The position numbers were made by a program, and so were the translations under genes. Shown in pieces: positions 36,217-40,030 of a stretch of DNA of 40,030 nucleotides. The notes under the pieces were generated by a model. It searched no databases. It had not been told where the DNA came from and saw only the letters and a program-made list of their open reading frames with translations. This DNA is from Intoshia linei (taxonomy: Eukaryota > Animalia > Orthonectida). Location of the stretch: NCBI GenBank assembly GCA_001642005.1, contig LWCA01000215.1, forward strand, positions 1 to 40,030. Direction: 5' to 3'. Position 1 is the first letter of the stretch; each line of letters begins with the position of its first letter.

Positions 36217-39091
36217 TTATTTCTGCTTCTTTAAATTTTTCTAAATAATTAGTTGATAAATTGATATTGATGAAATTACAAGTCGTTGGACATATGTTTT
36301 TTTTCGTGAATTTTTTATAAATTTTTGTCGCAACATCATAAAATTTTTAGTTTTTCGTTTTTCCTTGTTTGAAGTAGCTACTTTGAATTTTGTCTTTTTT
36401 TTACCAAATTTTTCTCGGTCCGCTCTTCCTTCCTATTTTACATTTTAATATAATATAGAAATTTAAAATTTATTACATTAACAGTGTTCAATTTTTCAAT
36501 TTTTGTTTGTTTTTTACGTTTTATCATTTTTTCAATCTTGTTTAAATCTAATTCATTTTCTGATTCAGTTGTTTCTGAAGCTGATTCGATATTTGAATTT
36601 ACGTTTGACTCGTTTTCAGAATCCGATTGTGAATCACTAAAATATTTATATAAAACTTTAAATATAAAAAATTACTCATCGGATGTTTCTTGTGATGGAA
36701 TGTGTTTCTAAATTTAATCGATATCAATAAATAATGTTCAGTATAGTTTCCCAAGTAGGTAATCCCAATGTGGGTAATTAAATAATTTAGAAATGTCCGG
36801 AATTGGGACAGTCAAAACTGTTCAATAAATTAATCAAAAATTGTAAATGACAAAATATTTTTTAAATGTTGAAAATGTTTGGTAGAAGTTGAAATTCAAA
36901 AAATTTACAATTTTATGATTTTTTTGTACCGTTAATGAAAAATAACTTGAAATCTACATAAAAACCTATTAAAAAATTATTTATCATCAAATTCTATACT
37001 AGAGGTTTCAATTTAGAGCCATTAATAAACTAATCCTTAAAGAAAAATTCCAGTTTTACCAAGCCGTAAGGAAAATACAATTTTGCCAACCATTTAGGGA
37101 AAATTTCATTTTACCTATTATTAAAACTTGATAAATTACTATTTTTTAAAGTTGAATGTTTTTTATCTTTTATGAAAGTTTATACAATTTTATAAATCTT
37201 GCGTAATTATATATTATAATTACAATACATAAAATTACACTTTTTCAATTCAATAAGGGTACAAATAATATTTAATGCACAAAATTTGTCTTAAAAATTA
37301 TAATTTTTTAAACTAAATGGAATGTCATGTTTGCATAAAGCAATTTAATTCAACACCCAAAATGAAAACAGAGCGTGTTTTAGAATCGTAGCCATATTGG
37401 TATAAGTGAATTTTTCTTTTTAGGATGGGTAAAAGTGGATTTTTCTTTTTAGGATTGTTAAAACTGGAATTTTCCCTAAAGGATTGGTAAAATTAGATTT
37501 TTCACTTAAGAGTTGGTAAATTTTGATTTTTAGTAAAAATTGGATTGGAAACTGATAATTGTTTTTTGACGATAAAAAAAAGATTAAAATCGTATACTTG
37601 ATATTTTTTCGTTAAAAGTTCAGGTTTTTTGTCTCGGTACAAATTCAATAGTGACCTTGCAGCTGATTTAATGTTTCGATTTTTCATTTTACGATATTCA
37701 ATTAAATCCATCAAAAGTTCCTTATCTATTGCATTAATACAACGTATAGAAATTTCGCGTATAGTGTTAATCCTAATTTGACAAATTAATAAAAATACAC
37801 AAAAATGTTAAATACCCAACTGTCACCGCATCGTCAGAATTTCTGTCATTGATAAAAGCATTAGACACAACTCTCATTGACGCCAAAACTGTCTAAATCA
37901 AATATAAATTATACCAAAAACTAAACCTCATTTGGAACATTAGTATGCATGGACAAAGCAAGATAGAGTAAAATTTTTGTGACATCTAAAATTGATAAAA
38001 ATAAATTTACATTTTATGGTTACCTTTTTGACGAGGGTGGATATAACGATATAAAAATGTAATAAAATTTGGCATAATAATCTAATTATAATTATAAAAA
38101 TAAAAAATAAATCATAAACTTTAAACTCGTCAATCATACGAGAAATTAATTTCATGATAACCATTTTAACTGGAAAATGTTCTTTACCAAACTCGAGTTT
38201 TTTAAATAAACGCGATGAGTATTCTAAATTATATTGACATGTCAGCATATAAATGCAATTTTAAACTGTCTGTATCGTATATCAGTCGTACAAGAGTTTT
38301 ATCATTGGGTTGTACATTTTTCGGTTTTTTAGCGTTCTAATAATTTAAAAATAGACAATATCAAAATAATAAAATAATTTAGTAAAAGTTGAAAAACCTT
38401 CATGTGCTTTACAGCAGTTTGTAATTTTCTCTTTCTTTTATTGGTGGTTTTCGATATCTTATTAGCCATAGATATTTGTTTATATTTTTCCCTTGCGACT
38501 GTAGCTTCATCCTATTTTTTACACAATTAATTTAATTCGGAATAAACAAATTATAAATTACTTCATCAGAACTATCATCATCAATATGTTCATTTGACAT
38601 GACGGAAAGAGCTTTTCTATTTACCTGTAAAATATATATAAAAAACCAATTGATACATGTATTTATAAAACCTTGTTGTGTTTATTAAAAACTAATGTGG
38701 CAATAACATTTACAGTTTCTTCGTCCCTCCAAATATTTGAATATATTAATTTAACAACAATTTTCTAAAAAATGGATATATAATTGTAATAAAACAATAT
38801 CAAATTACTAAACATCCATATGAAATGTAGACACTACTAGATTCCAAACCGGTAATAATTTGTTTTTTCATACTCTACAAAAAATTAAAATAATTAATAA
38901 GAAAAAACCTTTAAAATTAAATTTGATTTTGATTTACGAGATAAATTTTTTACAGTAGTCACAATATTACTAGATATTAACCCCGTATTAATTTTACTAT
39001 CACTTTGAAGTAAATTAATAATGTGAGGCATAATTTTCAATATATTGTCTTGTCCAAAACGCGTTGAAATGAAAAGTGATCGACAAAAAAT
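36217..39091 (-). CDS. SDAD1: SDA1 homolog (60S biogenesis), 5' exons outside the window
   Basis: Multi-exon. VKMVIMKLISRMI, FINDRNSDDAVTVG, DLIEYRKMKNRNIKSAARSLLNLYRDKKPELL and GRADREKF..SNKEKRKTKNFMM match SDA1 motifs. Last exon KNLKKQK* ends at 36217. Confidence 0.9.
37030..37500. mobile_element. Foldback/Mutator-like MITE with modular inverted arms
   Basis: 37033-37115 (AATCCTTAAAGAAAAATTCCAGTTTTA...) is the inverse of about 37398-37488, and each arm is built of roughly 28-29 bp subrepeats. Confidence 0.55.
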
Positions 39092-39447
39092 CTAAATTAA
39101 AAAAAATAATAAATATTACAAATAAATTAATTTTAATATTCTAATTTAAATTTATGAAATGTAAAAAATAATTGCGCCAATAAAAAATTATAAACAGGTA
39201 ATATTATGAACGCATAATCAATGTTTTGTTTGTTGTCGAGTTACTCGATAATATTATAATCAAATTAGACTAATTAGATAACAATTATGGCGCAAATATG
39301 ATTATTATGTCAACAGGTAATTCGTTTCAAAATTTAATTTTGTTTCCGTCATATTAAAAATGTTAAAACGTTTCAAGTCTGAATAAGGAGTATAGGTAAA
39401 AGATTAACTATAAAATGATAACAATTAAATCGTATTACTTTTTACAC

Positions 39448-39757
39448 CAGGGGTATTCAACGGGGGCGGTACCGCCCCTGGGGCGTTTTTATATTTTTGG
39501 GGTGGTAAAAAATATATTTAAATTGAAAACTATTTTTTTATTGAATTGTTTTCATATTTCTATTAAAATCTATTATTAGTAATGGTGAAAACTGGCAGTG
39601 GTACAGCAAGTCATAGAAGTGATCAAGAAGGAGATGTGAGTGAAATTAATAAGTTTGAACTCCCAAGAAAAAAACAAAAATTTGCTAAAATATGGGAATA
39701 TTTCACGAAGCTGGGACATGGAAAAAGCTGAATGCAAGAATTGTAAAAAAGTAACGA
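39448..39757 (+). mobile_element. hAT 5' end with frameshifted BED zinc-finger remnant
   Basis: CAGGGGTATTCAACGGGGGCG terminus (related end at 3233). KIWEYFTK / KAECKNCKK lie in two frames. Confidence 0.6.
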
Positions 39758-39789
39758 TAACTATTTTGAATTTTGTTCTTAAATTTGTC

Positions 39790-40030
39790 ATAACGTCTGT
39801 GTCGTATACTTCGATTTCTAAAAAGCTTTTGACAAAATTGAACATGAGTTACTTTTTCAATCCCTTCACCATCATGGCATCAGAGATGAAAATCTTGAGC
39901 TGCTCCGATCCTTCTTGACTGGCCGGACACAGTACGTCTCGATGAATGGTCAGAGTTCCGAGACAGTTTCAGCACTCAGCGGCGTCCCACAGGGCGGAGT
40001 CCTATCTGGTATGTTATTCAACATTTTCGT
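39790..40030 (+). pseudogene. Non-LTR retrotransposon (CR1/L2/Jockey-type) reverse transcriptase fragment
   Basis: VVYFDF*KAFDKIEHELL...SFLTGRTQYVSMNGQSS..SGVPQGGVLSGMLFNIF; in-frame TAA at 39819; GC content jumps; runs off the window. Confidence 0.88.

Noticed and set aside
1-40030. Alternative genetic code, or prokaryotic/viral insert
   Set aside because: All spliced genes translate cleanly in the standard code, and I saw no operons, intronless foreign genes, tRNAs or rRNAs.

Overview
This is very AT-rich eukaryotic DNA from an invertebrate animal, not a prokaryote. The ORF track is misleading because genes are split by many 34-50 bp introns plus a few kb-sized introns filled with transposons. 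Splicing by hand gives, in order: (1) part of an axonemal dynein heavy chain (DNAH7-like) that stops abruptly at about 7.8 kb; (2) an N-joined cluster of transposon copies; (3) the 3' half of a GH38 lysosomal alpha-mannosidase; (4) an apextrin/ApeC-domain gene on the minus strand; (5) two identical U6 snRNA genes; (6) an SRSF11/SREK1-like splicing factor head-to-head with U6; (7) RNase H2 subunit B; (8) an orphan gene combining two helix-turn-helix repeats with a NEK-like C-terminal helical domain; (9) a RYK-like receptor pseudokinase; (10) the 3' part of SDA1. A non-autonomous Helitron family recurs throughout, along with hAT and pogo/Tc1 elements, a Chapaev-like remnant and a LINE RT fragment, several of them nested. 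The compact layout and tiny introns suggest a reduced metazoan genome such as an orthonectid (Intoshia-like); this is inference only. The best novelty candidates are the HTH-HTH-NEK-C orphan, the DXED-less membrane-tailed ApeC gene hosting a U6 copy, and the U6/SR-protein divergent pair. All homology calls come from recalled motifs, not database searches.
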